Shown piece after piece: positions 1 to 16,191 of a stretch of DNA of 64,000 bases. Both the position numbers and the translations under genes were made by a program. Where the stretch lies: assembly GCA_043228905.1 (NCBI GenBank), contig JBHGNT010000002.1:16368001-16432000 (forward strand), given 5' to 3'. This DNA is from Azolla caroliniana (taxonomy: Eukaryota > Plantae > Polypodiophyta). The notes under the pieces were generated by a model that had not been told where the DNA came from, made no database searches, and saw only the letters and a program-made list of their open reading frames with translations. Each line of letters starts with the position of its first letter. Positions within the stretch are counted from its first letter, which is position 1.

Positions 1-3658
<3,658 letters not shown>

Positions 3659-5484
3659 CATACTTTGAAGATGGTGCAATTGAAATTAAATAAAGGTGAG
3701 TGAAACTATCTCATGCTTGGGATTCTCAGCAAATGTCGTCGGATCTTTTAAAATGCTTTTGTATCGTAATATGAACAAGTTAGACAATTGGATCTTATTA
3801 TTTAGGTATTGTTCATTCAGAGATCCTGTAGACTATGTTGATATTGTGTTTGTATTGGAAAAATGAACAAGTTAAGCTAGTGAAGATTTGTTCATTGGGT
3901 CAAATATGTCAATGGTCTTCACGAGGTTCAAATTTTATGATATTTTGTTCATCTGCGACTGCAAAACTTTTTGTTGGAAGTTCATTCATATCTGCTATCA
4001 TGGATGAAAATTAAAGATCCTATGGAGAGCAGAAATTGAAGGTGTCTGGACATGCAAGAAAGGTGTTTGCATGTGAAATACAATGAAATTCATCCTTGTT
4101 CTGCTTTCAGAAACACGTAGAATTATCTGTGTGCTTTGATATGATGGTAGCGTGAATCAACATTTGGGTTTAATGCTATGGAGACTCTCTGCTTAAGTGA
4201 AGTATATAGGCACCACCATTCTATACATCAAACAATGTGAACACATAATTTCGATATTTTAAAATCTTTGGTTCCATGACAAGCTCAAGTATGAAGCTAC
4301 TTTCATGGAGCTTATAGATCCTCATGGATTTTGTCTAGTCTTGTGGATATCGTTTTATGGATGTGTTATCAGACTTGTTAAAGCAATACAAATTCTCTTC
4401 ACATTTTACATAAAATGGATTGCCGGATATAAGTTGTCATTCTTAAAAAATGGATAGGTAAGTTTAATAATTAAGAAAAGTGAGAGCCCTTGGGTTTAAC
4501 GCAAAGCCCTTTATATGTTGAGCCCTCTTGATGTAATGGTACTTGCGACTTGTGTCTAATTTCTTATCTCCAAAATTGAAAGAGCGCCCATGCTTATGTA
4601 TGTAGCCTTAGGTTTTACTGTACCGTATCACCACATCAGCAATCCCATTTTCAATTGTCTTTCTTATTCAAGATACGTATTTATACATGATCTAAGTATG
4701 CAAGTGTTTCGGTTAACATATCTACTCAAGGAATGTTGATTGACTTTTTCATGACACATAAGATAATACGGGTTATGTAATAGTATAAAATACTTGAAGG
4801 CAAATTGTTAACATTGTCATATCACATGCTCAAAAAGAGCTAGTGTTAGTATGACTTATAAAATCCAATTGTTGAGAGAGAGAGAGAGAGACAGAGAGTG
4901 TGTGTGTGAACTAATAGCATTCCATTGTTGTAGGCTTCTTAGTCGATGTCAAGGCATGAAGGACCTAATGATGTCCACAACAATATTTCAAGGTATATAT
5001 TGGTACCCATCCACCCATCATAGGTTTAAATTGTCCATTGCATCATCGAAATAATTTAACATGATACTTTGGTATTTAACAATATTTCAAGGGATTTGTT
5101 GGTACCCATCCACACATTTTGGTCTCATACGATTTTCTCATTTTCATTCTTGCATATTGTTTAATGAAATGTCAATTTATTTCTTTGGCATAGATGACCC
5201 ATAATTCAAACATGCAATCATGGCTTATCATCAAGATGCATTCTGCAGGTTCAAAACTAGGTTGATGTTCAAATTGTCAATGGGACCTTCACCTCTTTTG
5301 GAGGGGATGATGTTTGGTGATCTTTAGTGGTGTAAGCTTTTAGGTACCTTCACATTTTTATGAATGTTTATTTCCCAAAAAACACTATTGCTTTTGTTAG
5401 TGAAACTACTACTACGGAAAAGGTTTACGAAAGGCAAAAGTTGTCACAAAAGAACTTCAAAAACTCATCTCTCTCTGTTTTTTT

Positions 5485-5635
5485 TATCGTAATTAGCTTA
5501 CCCTAATGGTTTGAAACCCAATTTTCTCACCTCTCAATTACTCCATAGATATCTCTTATTTCACTAGATGCCATTATGGAATGTAAGGGTTGAGCCCATG
5601 GCCACCTTACCAACTGAGCTACATCCATCTGGGCT
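5485..5635 (-). mobile_element. tRNA-derived SINE-like repeat, internally deleted copy 1
   Basis: Homologous to 5651-5845 and 29984-30190; flanked by TC repeats. Confidence 0.7.
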
Positions 5636-5650
5636 TTCTTTCTCTCTTTT

Positions 5651-5843
5651 TATCGTAATTAGCTTACCCTAGTGGTAAATCGTTAACACTACGTCTTGGG
5701 TTCGAACCCCAATTTCCTCACCTCTCTATTACTCCATAGATATCTGTTATTTCACTAGATGCCACTATGGAATGTAGGGGTTGAACCCATGACCACCTGG
5801 TCTCCATTGGGCAACCTTACCAACTGAGCTACATCCATCTAGG

Positions 5844-5845
<2 letters not shown>
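5651..5845 (-). mobile_element. tRNA-derived SINE-like repeat, copy 2
   Basis: Minus strand reads GGATGTAGCTCAGTTGG (A box) ... GGGTTCAACCCC (B box) TACATTCCA; three copies occur in the window. Confidence 0.75.
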
Positions 5846-5885
<40 letters not shown>

Positions 5886-5887
<2 letters not shown>

Positions 5888-6537
5888 TATATTAATAAAT
5901 GTGTGTGAAAAACACTACTTACAATACATGTGACAATGGAGTATGGTCACACACTAACCACACTACACTACATGGGTAGTGGAACATGTTGAATTGCCAA
6001 TAGGCAAGACGAACACCACTGAGGAAAGAATTTCCACTTGTTCCAATAAAGAAAATTGCCACATTAGTACTCTCTTCAACTTTTGTAGATATGCTTTCAC
6101 TCCATGTCTACCATCGAATACAAAAGCATTGCGCATGTTCCAATTATGACGCAATCCCCAATATCTCAGAAATAGGAAAACAATCTCCATCTTTGATTTT
6201 GGGTTAGCCTGTGTAAATTGTGCAAACACCCATTGTCTAGGTGTCAAATAACTCCGTGATAAAACTTGCCAAATTTGAGAAATGTAACTCCAAATTTGAC
6301 AAGCAATTGGACATTGTATAAATCGATGAGTACTATCTTCTATCTGAACTGTGCAAAAGAAGTAGGTACCCGTTGCTAGTCCACGACGCTTTAAAGCTAA
6401 TCCCAAAGGCAATCCTCCGATCAAAACTCTCCAAATGAATACCTTTGCAACAAGTGGCAATTTAGAATGCCAACTATGTTGTAAGATCTGCCACCACCCA
6501 TGATCAGATTTGTGTATTTTCCATTCTTCTTCAGCCT
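5886..6537 (-). mobile_element. L1/Tx1-like LINE, 5'-truncated 3' fragment (zf-RVT C-terminal region)
   Basis: ORF 5963-6460 KVFIWRVLIGGLP...FFC...EDSTHRFIQCP...IW; near-identical to 7895-8550; bounded by CA/CT microsatellites. Confidence 0.85.
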
Positions 6538-7870
<1,333 letters not shown>

Positions 7871-10408
7871 CTCTCTCTCTCTCTCTCTCTCTCTGGTGAA
7901 AACACACAATTATATTAATAAATGTTTTAAAAAACACTACTTACAATAGGTGTGACAATGGAGTATGGTCACCCACTAACTACACTACATGGGTAGTGGA
8001 ACATGTTGAATTGATGATAGGCAAGACGAACACTCCACCGAGGAAAGAATTTCCACTTGCTCCAATAAAGAAAATTGCCACATTAGAGCTCCCTTCAACT
8101 TTCATAGATATGCTTTCACTCCATCTACCATCGAATACAAAAGCATTGCGCATATTCCAATTATGACGCAATCCCCATTATCTCATAAATAGAAAAACGA
8201 TATTCATCTCTGATTTTGGGTCAACCTGTGTAAATTGTGCAAACACCCACTATCTAGGTGTCAAATAACACCATGATAAAACTTGCCAAATTTGAGAAAT
8301 GTAACTCCAAATCTAACAAGCAATTGGACATTGTATAAATCGATGAGTACTATCTTCCATTTGAATAGTGCAAAAGAAACAATTACCCATTGCTAATCCA
8401 TGACTCTTTAGAGCTAATCCCAAAGATAATCCTCTAATCAAAACTCTCCAAATGAAGACCTTTGCTACAAGTGGAAATATAGAATGCCAACTACGTTGTA
8501 AGATCTACCACCACCCATGATTAGATTTGTGTAATCTCCATTCTTCTTCCGCCTTCGATGATAACCATCCAAGAGACTTAAGAGAGCAATGATAAAAAAG
8601 ATTAGTAGTCACTTGTAACAATGATGTTTGACCCTTTAAACACCAATCTAGCCACAGTTGTACTCTTGTTTGTAGAGGTAAGGGACCTTGCATCAATGCA
8701 ATATTTTGTAGTTGTTGCCAAATAAACCCATAATTAGGTGGAATTTGTAATAATTGTCGCGCTTCAGCAAACTCCAAAATTCTTTGAGATGGAGCCTCAA
8801 CTATATCTCCCACCTCTTTGACCCCCAAATGAAACAAACGATTAAATTGAGAGCACAATGTCTCCTTTCTTGGCCAACATAATAACCAAGAAGATAAAAT
8901 CAACTCTTTTTGCAAAGAATTACAATGCTCTCTACTAGATGATGGTTTCCATACACATAATAGGATTGCTTCTTGCCATGAGGTAACCAAGTGTTGAACA
9001 CATGTAGAGCCCGGAATCCTAAGTGAAATACATCCATTTAGTAATTGCCACCATGAAGCCTTAATTGTTGTCCTCCCATTTGTTAAACCCTTGTTCTCAA
9101 TGAAATATTAAACAGTAGATATCCATGCTTGTGAGTTTGAAAACATATCTTGTAATAATGAAAATCTACGAGCTATCATATGCTTAGATAAGTTCAATAT
9201 TCTAACTCCCCCCAAGCGCTTAGGGGTTGCTACATGATTCCATGCAACCCAAATGATTCCCATCTTATCCCTCTTCTTCCACAACAAATATCGAAGAGGT
9301 TGCGAACTAGAATGCAAAGCCTTCTTTGTCCATGGCAACAATGGCAAGTAATATAATATCATGGGTTCCATAATACATTGTACAACCTTCAAGTGTACAT
9401 GAAATGGCCAAGATTGTGACTTCCAATACATGAACTTATCCCTCAACTTACTAGACATCCATTCAATCAATTGACCATTTGTAACATTCATTCCTAATGG
9501 ATAACCCAAGTGTCGAAAAATAGAGTCTTTCTTCACCACGGATTCTTGCCATCCTAAACATTCCAAATCCCTTTTAGTACATGATATGAGACTAGACTTC
9601 CTCCAATTAATATGTAATCCGGAAGCCAATGCAAATTGGTTCCATACAAGCATCCCCTTCTCAAGATTCTCTCGTGAGGCTTGTAGAAACATGAAAGAAT
9701 CATCAACCAAATCTTGTGCTACTAGGTGTAGACCCATGTTGGGATATCGGTCCCTCCGGATGGGATGCCCGGAGACGAATGACGGCAAGCCCGGTTACGG
9801 TATGAAGCCGGATGAAGAAGACCCCGGTTACGGAGCCGGATGAAGAAGACCCCGGTTACGGAGCCGGATGATGAAGACCCCGGTTACGGAGCCGGATGAT
9901 GAAGACCCCGGTTACGGAGCCGGATGATGTATGTACCCGGAGCGAGATCCGGATGCGGGGACATATTTGTCCATATGTTTGCCAAGTGCCCTTGAGGCTA
10001 TATTTGTAAATAGCCCGAAAGTCATATGTGTATAAATATGACTTAGGGCAAATAGTTTACGTTTGTTGCTCATTTTATGTTCTAGTCGAGAGAGCAGAGT
10101 GAGAGCAGCCGAGAGAAAGAGAGAGAGAGAGAAACGAAGAGGTCGACGCCTCTGTGTAATACCGCCGCCTGTGGCGAAGACAGTGAGCTCAAGGTTGTTG
10201 CCTTGTAGCTTCACCTTTGTATATTTCTCTGTGCATAGTTTGGTTTGGAGTCTCGCACTCCCGTGGTTTTTCCCGTATAGGGTTTTCCACGTTAATCCCT
10301 GTGTATCGCGTCTTTCTCTGTATTTCCTATTTTCTGCTGCATTGATCCGCGATTACTCGGTTGTGGCCGACCGGAGAAGGTGAATCAAAACGGTGATTCC
10401 TTACAAAG

Positions 10409-10420
10409 TGGTATCAGAGC
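10409..10420 (+). promoter_or_regulatory. Primer binding site complementary to the tRNA-iMet 3' end
   Basis: TGGTATCAGAGC just after the 5' LTR; the same PBS occurs at 25710-25721(-), 40440-40451 and 54371-54382. Confidence 0.95.
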
Positions 10421-10436
10421 GAGGTTCACACAGAAG

Positions 10437-13400
10437 ATGGAAGGCGGCGGTGGTGGGCCTCCGGGCATGATGGTGCTGAACGCGCAGAACTACGCCGACT
10501 GGAAGATAAAGATGGAGGATCTTCTGATTGTTCGGGACCTGTACGAACCGATTGACAGGTCGGAAATACCGAAAGGGGTACTTGAGTCGGAGTGGAAGCT
10601 CCTGAACCGGAAAGCCGTAGCAACGATCCGACAATATGTCGATGTAAGCGTCCTACAACACGTGGCGAACGACACCAACGCATACGAGATGTGGAAGAAG
10701 CTGTCGGGCCTCTACGAGAGGAAGAATGCGTTGAACCGGACCTCCCTGATGAGGAAGATAGTGAATCTCAAGTACCGGGACGGCGAGAGTATGGTGGAAC
10801 ACGTAAGCACGTTCATGGGATTCGTGAACCAGCTTGCGGCGATCAAGTTCCCGTTGGAGGATGCAATGCAAGCCATCATCCTGATGTGTACATTGCCGGA
10901 CAGCTGGGAGAACTTGGTGGTGACTCTCAGCACCTCCTGCACCGAAGATAACTTGTCTCTACAAACGGTAAAGACAAGTATTCTAAATGAAGAAGCGCGT
11001 CGGAGAGATAAGGAACCGGCCTCCGACTCGAAGGCGCTGCTTACCGAATCGGAACGGGGAAGACAATGGAACCGGAGTCCGCAAAGACGGGAGAAGTCGG
11101 GGACCCGGTCGCAGTCAAGAGGAAGGCCAACATGCTTCCACTGTGGGAAGCCGGGGCACTTCCGAAAGAATTGTCGGCATTACCGTAAAGACAACGGAGC
11201 CGACGACACCGATTTGAAGAAGTCACCGGAACGAAACGGTGCATACCGGGGAGCCACGGACCGGAGAGGTCCGGATCGGCGAGGGCAGGACCGGAAAGGA
11301 ACGACGGCACTCGCGGCAAGTGAAGAGGAGATCATGCTCATCACCGAAGAAGGTGAACTAAACATTGCCGGCGATGAGACGACCTGGGTGATCGATTCCG
11401 GAGCGTCGTTCCACCTGACCCCGGAGAGAAGATACTTCTCATCCTACACAGCCGGTGAGCATGGCTGTGTTCGGATGGGAAATGAAGGTACGTGCCGGAT
11501 TGCCGGCATAGGAGACGTGTGGGTGACAACCTCGACCGGATGCAAAATGCTGCTGAAGGATGTCAGACACGTTCCGGAGGTTCGATTGAACCTGATTTCG
11601 GCCGGGAGGCTAGATGATGAAGGCTACACAGGTAGCATCCGGAATGGCGTAATGAAGTTCAGCAAGGGGAACCTGATAGTGGCTCGGGCCCGGAAAGACA
11701 ACACACTGTACCTGATGAATGCCCGGTTATGTCCGGAAGAGCTGAACGTGGTAGCCGACACTGCCGGTGAGCTGTGGCACAAGAGACTGTGCCACATGAG
11801 CGAGAAGGGGATGAAGAGGCTTGCAGAAGACAACCTCATTCCAGTGAAGCATGTGCACCTGGAGAAGTGCACCGACTGTCTGGCCGGTAAGCAAAACCGG
11901 ACCTCCTTCCACTCAAGGCCACCGACGAGACGTGGCGCACCATTGGAGTTGGTGCACACTGACGTGTGTCAGGTAGAAACGAAGTCACATGGCGGAGCCC
12001 AGTACTTCGTAACATTCATTGATGATCACAGCCGGAAGCTGTGGACGGCACCGTTGAAGACAAAGGACCAAGTATTGTCCGTCTTCAAAGAACTTCACGC
12101 GAGAGTGGAAAGGGAATCCGGCAAGAAGCTGAAAGCGATACGAGCGGATAAAGGAGGGGAATACCGGGGGCAGTTCCAGGAGTACTGTCGCTCGAAGGGA
12201 ATCCGACTCGAGTTTACTGTGCCGAAGACGCCGGAACTGAACGGGCTGGCCGAGAGGATGAACCGGACCATAATGGAGAGGGTCCGGAGTATGCTGGCAC
12301 ATGCGAAATTACCCAAGGGGTTTTGGGCTGAGGCAATGTCGACGGCGACATACGTGATAAACAGATCACCCTCAGTACCTTTGGACGGAGACACGCCGCA
12401 GAAAGTGTGGACCGGTAAGGAAGTGTCCTACAGGCATCTGAAGGTGTTCGGGTGTCTCGCATATGTGCATGTGGCAAAGGACCGGAGAGGAAAGCTAGAT
12501 CCAAAGACTCGTCCATGCATATTCCTCGGTTACGGCGACGACGAGTTCGGCTACCGAGTATGGGACCCGGTCGACAAGAAGATATTCAGGAGTCGAGATA
12601 TCATCTTCATGGAGGACAAGACACTCGCCGACTGGGAGTCGGAAAAGAAGATGAAGAGCTCCAAGTCGACTGGTGAGGATCAACTCTACAAGGAGCAGTC
12701 CCGACCGGCAAGAGACCGGTTAGCACTCGAGGATCCGGCCGAAGACGGTGAAGAAACAGAACCGGCCGAAGAAGATGAAAGTAATACCGGAACCGGCCCC
12801 GATCCCGAACTGGATTCGGATGAAGAAGAATCGGAAGAACCGGTTACCGAAGCTCCCGAACGGAGATATCCTCTAAGAGAGAGAAGGGCCCCCCGGAGAT
12901 TTCCGGAACCAGAGCACGTGCTGCTAACCGACGAGGGGGAGCCGGAGAGCCTTGAAGAAGCGAAGCATGACACCCATAGCCGCAGGTGGTTAAGTGCCAT
13001 GAAGGAGGAGATGGATTCCCTGCATGAGAACCACACATATGAACTTGTGGAGCTGCCGAAAGGAAAACGGGCACTCCGTAACAAGTGGGTGTTCAAGCTG
13101 AAACCGGGAGATGCCGGAAACCCCCCGAGATACAAAGCCAGGATCGTGGTGAAGGGGTTTCAGCAGAAGAAGGGCGTCGACTTCGACGAGATATTTGCCC
13201 CGGTAGTGAAGATGACCTCCATCCGAACGGTGCTGAGCATAGCGGCAAGCATGGACCTCGAGGTAGAACAGATGGACGTGAAGACGGCATTCCTTCACGG
13301 TGACCTCGAAGAAGAGATCTACATGCAGCAACCGGAAGGATTCGAGAAGAAAGGGAAGGAGCACCTGGTATGCCGGTTGAAGAAGAGCCTTTACGGACTG

Positions 13401-14510
13401 AAGCAGGCTCCCCGGCAATGGTACCGGAAGTTCGACTCCTTCATGACCGACGAAGGGTACCTCAAAACGCAGTCCGACCACTGCGTGTTTGTGAAGAAGT
13501 TCGAAGGAGGAGACTTTCTAATACTCCTCCTGTATGTGGACGACATGTTGATCGTCGGACGGGACCAGGCCAAGATACGGATGCTGAAGAAGGCTCTTCA
13601 CCGAACCTTCTCAATGAAGGACCTGGGTCCGGCGAGGCAAATACTAGGGATGCACATCATCCGAGACCGGAGCAAGAAGCAGTTGTGGCTGTCACAGGAG
13701 AAGTACGTGACAAAGGTGCTTAAACGGTTCAACATGTCGGAAGCAAGACCAGTCGGATCGACCCTCCCGGCAAACTGCAAGCTGTCCAGCAAGCAAAGTC
13801 CCAAGACAAAGGCTGAAAAGGAGGATATGATGAAAGTGCCGTATGCCTCAGCCGTCGGGAGCTTGATGTACGCCATGGTGTGTACGAGACCGGACATCGG
13901 ATATGCAGTCGGAGTGGTGAGCCGGTACATGAGCAATCCCGGCAAAGAACACTAGATCGCGGCCAAGTGGATACTCCGATACCTGAAGGGCACGGCGAAC
14001 GTGTGCCTCCGATTCGGCTCCGGTAAGCCCGAACTCGACGGCTTCACCGATTCGGATATGTCGGCTGATGCAGATACCAGCCGGTCCACATCAGGGTATG
14101 TGATGACGTATGCAGGGGGAGCCGTTTCGTGGCAGTCAAGGCTGCAGAAGACGGTTGCGTTGTCAACCACGGAGGCGGAGTACATGGCGGCTGTTGAAGC
14201 CGGCAAGGAAATAATATGGATGAAGGACTTCATTAGAGAGCTCGGTATCCGGCAGGAGGAGTACCGACTCTACTGCGACAGTCAGAGTGCCATCCACCTT
14301 GCGAAGAACGCGGCCTACCATTCCCGGACGAAACACATCCAGCGTAGATACCACTGGATCCGGGAAAGGATAGAAGATAAGGAGTTCGTGCTGACGAAGA
14401 TCCACACGGACGAGAACGGTTCAGATATGCTGACCAAAGTACTCACACCCGACAAGCTGGAAGCATGCCGGAGGAGGATCGGATTGGAGAGACATCCCAT
14501 GCCGAAGTGA
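10437..14510 (+). CDS. Copia Gag-Pol (gag, CCHC knuckle, protease, GAG-pre-integrase, integrase, RT, RNase H) with a single in-frame TAG at 13953-13955
   Basis: CFHCGKPGHFRKNC, WVIDSGASFH, LWHKRLCH, VHTDVC, NGLAERMNRT, QMDVKTAFLHG, LLYVDDML; after the TAG, in frame: GFTDSD, ALSTTEAEY, RTKHI. Confidence 0.95.
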
Positions 14511-15324
14511 AGGGGGAGTTTGTTGGGATATCGGTCCCTCCGGATGGGATGTCCGGAGACGAATGACGGCAAGCCCGGTTACGGTATGAAGCCGGATGAA
14601 GAAGACCCCGGTTACGGAGCCGGATGAAGAAGACCCCGGTTACGGAGCCGGATGATGAAGACCCCGGTTACGGAGCCGGATGATGTATGTACCCGGAGCG
14701 AGATCCGGATGCGGGGACATATTTGTCCATATGTTTGCCAAGTGCCCTTGAGGCTATATTTGTAAATAGCCCGAAAGTCATATGTGTATAAATATGACTT
14801 AGGGCAAATAGTTTACGTTTGTTGCTCATTTTATGTTCTAGTCGAGAGAGCAGAGTGAGAGCAGCCGAGAGAAAGAGAGAGAGAGAGAAACGAAGAGGTC
14901 GACGCCTCTGTGTAATACCGCCGCCTGTGGCGAAGACAGTGAGCTCAAGGTTGTTGCCTTGTAGCTTCACCTTTGTATATTTCTCTGTGCATAGTTTGGT
15001 TTGGAGTCTCGCACTCCCGTGGTTTTTCCCGTATAGGGTTTTCCACGTTAATCCCTGTGTATCGCGTCTTTCTCTGTATTTCCTATTTTCTGCTGCATTG
15101 ATCCGCGATTACTCGGTTGTGGCCGACCGGAGAAGGTGAATCAAAACGGTGATTCCTTACAACCCATAATATCACCATTTGTTGCAAGCCTGGATAACAT
15201 CACTAACAAGGGATAACATCACCATTGATGAAATGATTTTAGAGATGGAATCATCAACCAAATCTTGTGCTACTAGTTGCCCTCCAGACGGAAGGTGTAG
15301 ACCCATAATATCACCATTTGTTGC

Positions 15325-16191
15325 AAGCCTGGATAACATCACTAACAAGGGATAACATCACCATTGATGAAATGATTCTAGAGATGCCACCTTTGGAACT
15401 AATTTAATTAGACCAACCTTCCAAGCTTGAGGCATACAACTAGAATCCCAAGAATGTTGAAATATCAAAGTTAAGGGCCCCTTTAAAATGTTTGAATATT
15501 ACTTAAAAACTTCATTTGTCAAGCCATCCCAACTAGGGCTCTTACCACAAGGAAGATAACTTAAAACTTTGTCCACCTCATCCTCAGTGAAATCCACATC
15601 CAATTCATGACTAAAGCCTGGATAACATCACTAACAAGGGATAACATCACCATTGATGAAATGATTCTAGAGATGCCACCTTTGGAACTAATTTAATTAG
15701 ACCAACCTTCCAAGCTTGAGGCATACAACTAGAATCCCAAGAATGTTGAAATATCAAAGTTAAGGGCCCCTTTAAAATGTTTGAATATTACTTAAAAACT
15801 TCATTTGTCAAGCCATCCCAACTAGGGCTCTTACCACAAGGAAGATAACTTAAAACTTTGTCCACCTCATCCTCAGTGAAATCCACATCCAATTCATGAC
15901 TAAAGCCTGGATAACATCACTAACAAGGGATAACATCACCATTGATGAAATGATTCTAGAGATGCCACCTTTGGAACTAATTTAATTAGACCAACCTTCC
16001 AAGCTTGAGGCATACAACTAGAATCCCAAGAATGTTGAAATATCAAAGTTAAGGGCCCCTTTAAAATGTTTGAATATTACTTAAAAACTTCATTTGTCAA
16101 GCCATCCCAACTAGGGCTCTTACCACAAGGAAGATAACTTAAAACTTTGTCCACCTCATCCTCAGTGAAATCCACATCCAATTCATGACTA
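15325..16191. repeat. Tandem triplication of a 289-bp LINE ORF2 segment
   Basis: Units start at 15325, 15614 and 15903 and look identical. Confidence 0.92.

Larger units (their letters stand above)
9737..15161 (+). mobile_element. Young full-length Ty1/copia LTR retrotransposon (A1)
   Basis: TG..CA LTRs at 9737-10405 and 14521-15161, identical by eye except one substitution and one 28-bp repeat unit. TSD ACCCA (9732-9736/15162-15166). PBS TGGTATCAGAGC at 10409-10420. PPT GAAGGGGGAG before the 3' LTR. Confidence 0.98.

Noticed and set aside
10063-10383. Duplicated 106-aa and 100-aa ORFs (also at 14668-15139)
   Set aside because: They lie within the LTRs and show no protein features; their identity just reflects LTR identity.
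10401-14572. Many antisense or alternate-frame ORFs over copia pol (also in B1, A2, A3)
   Set aside because: Expected shadows of GC-rich coding sequence; no recognisable domains.
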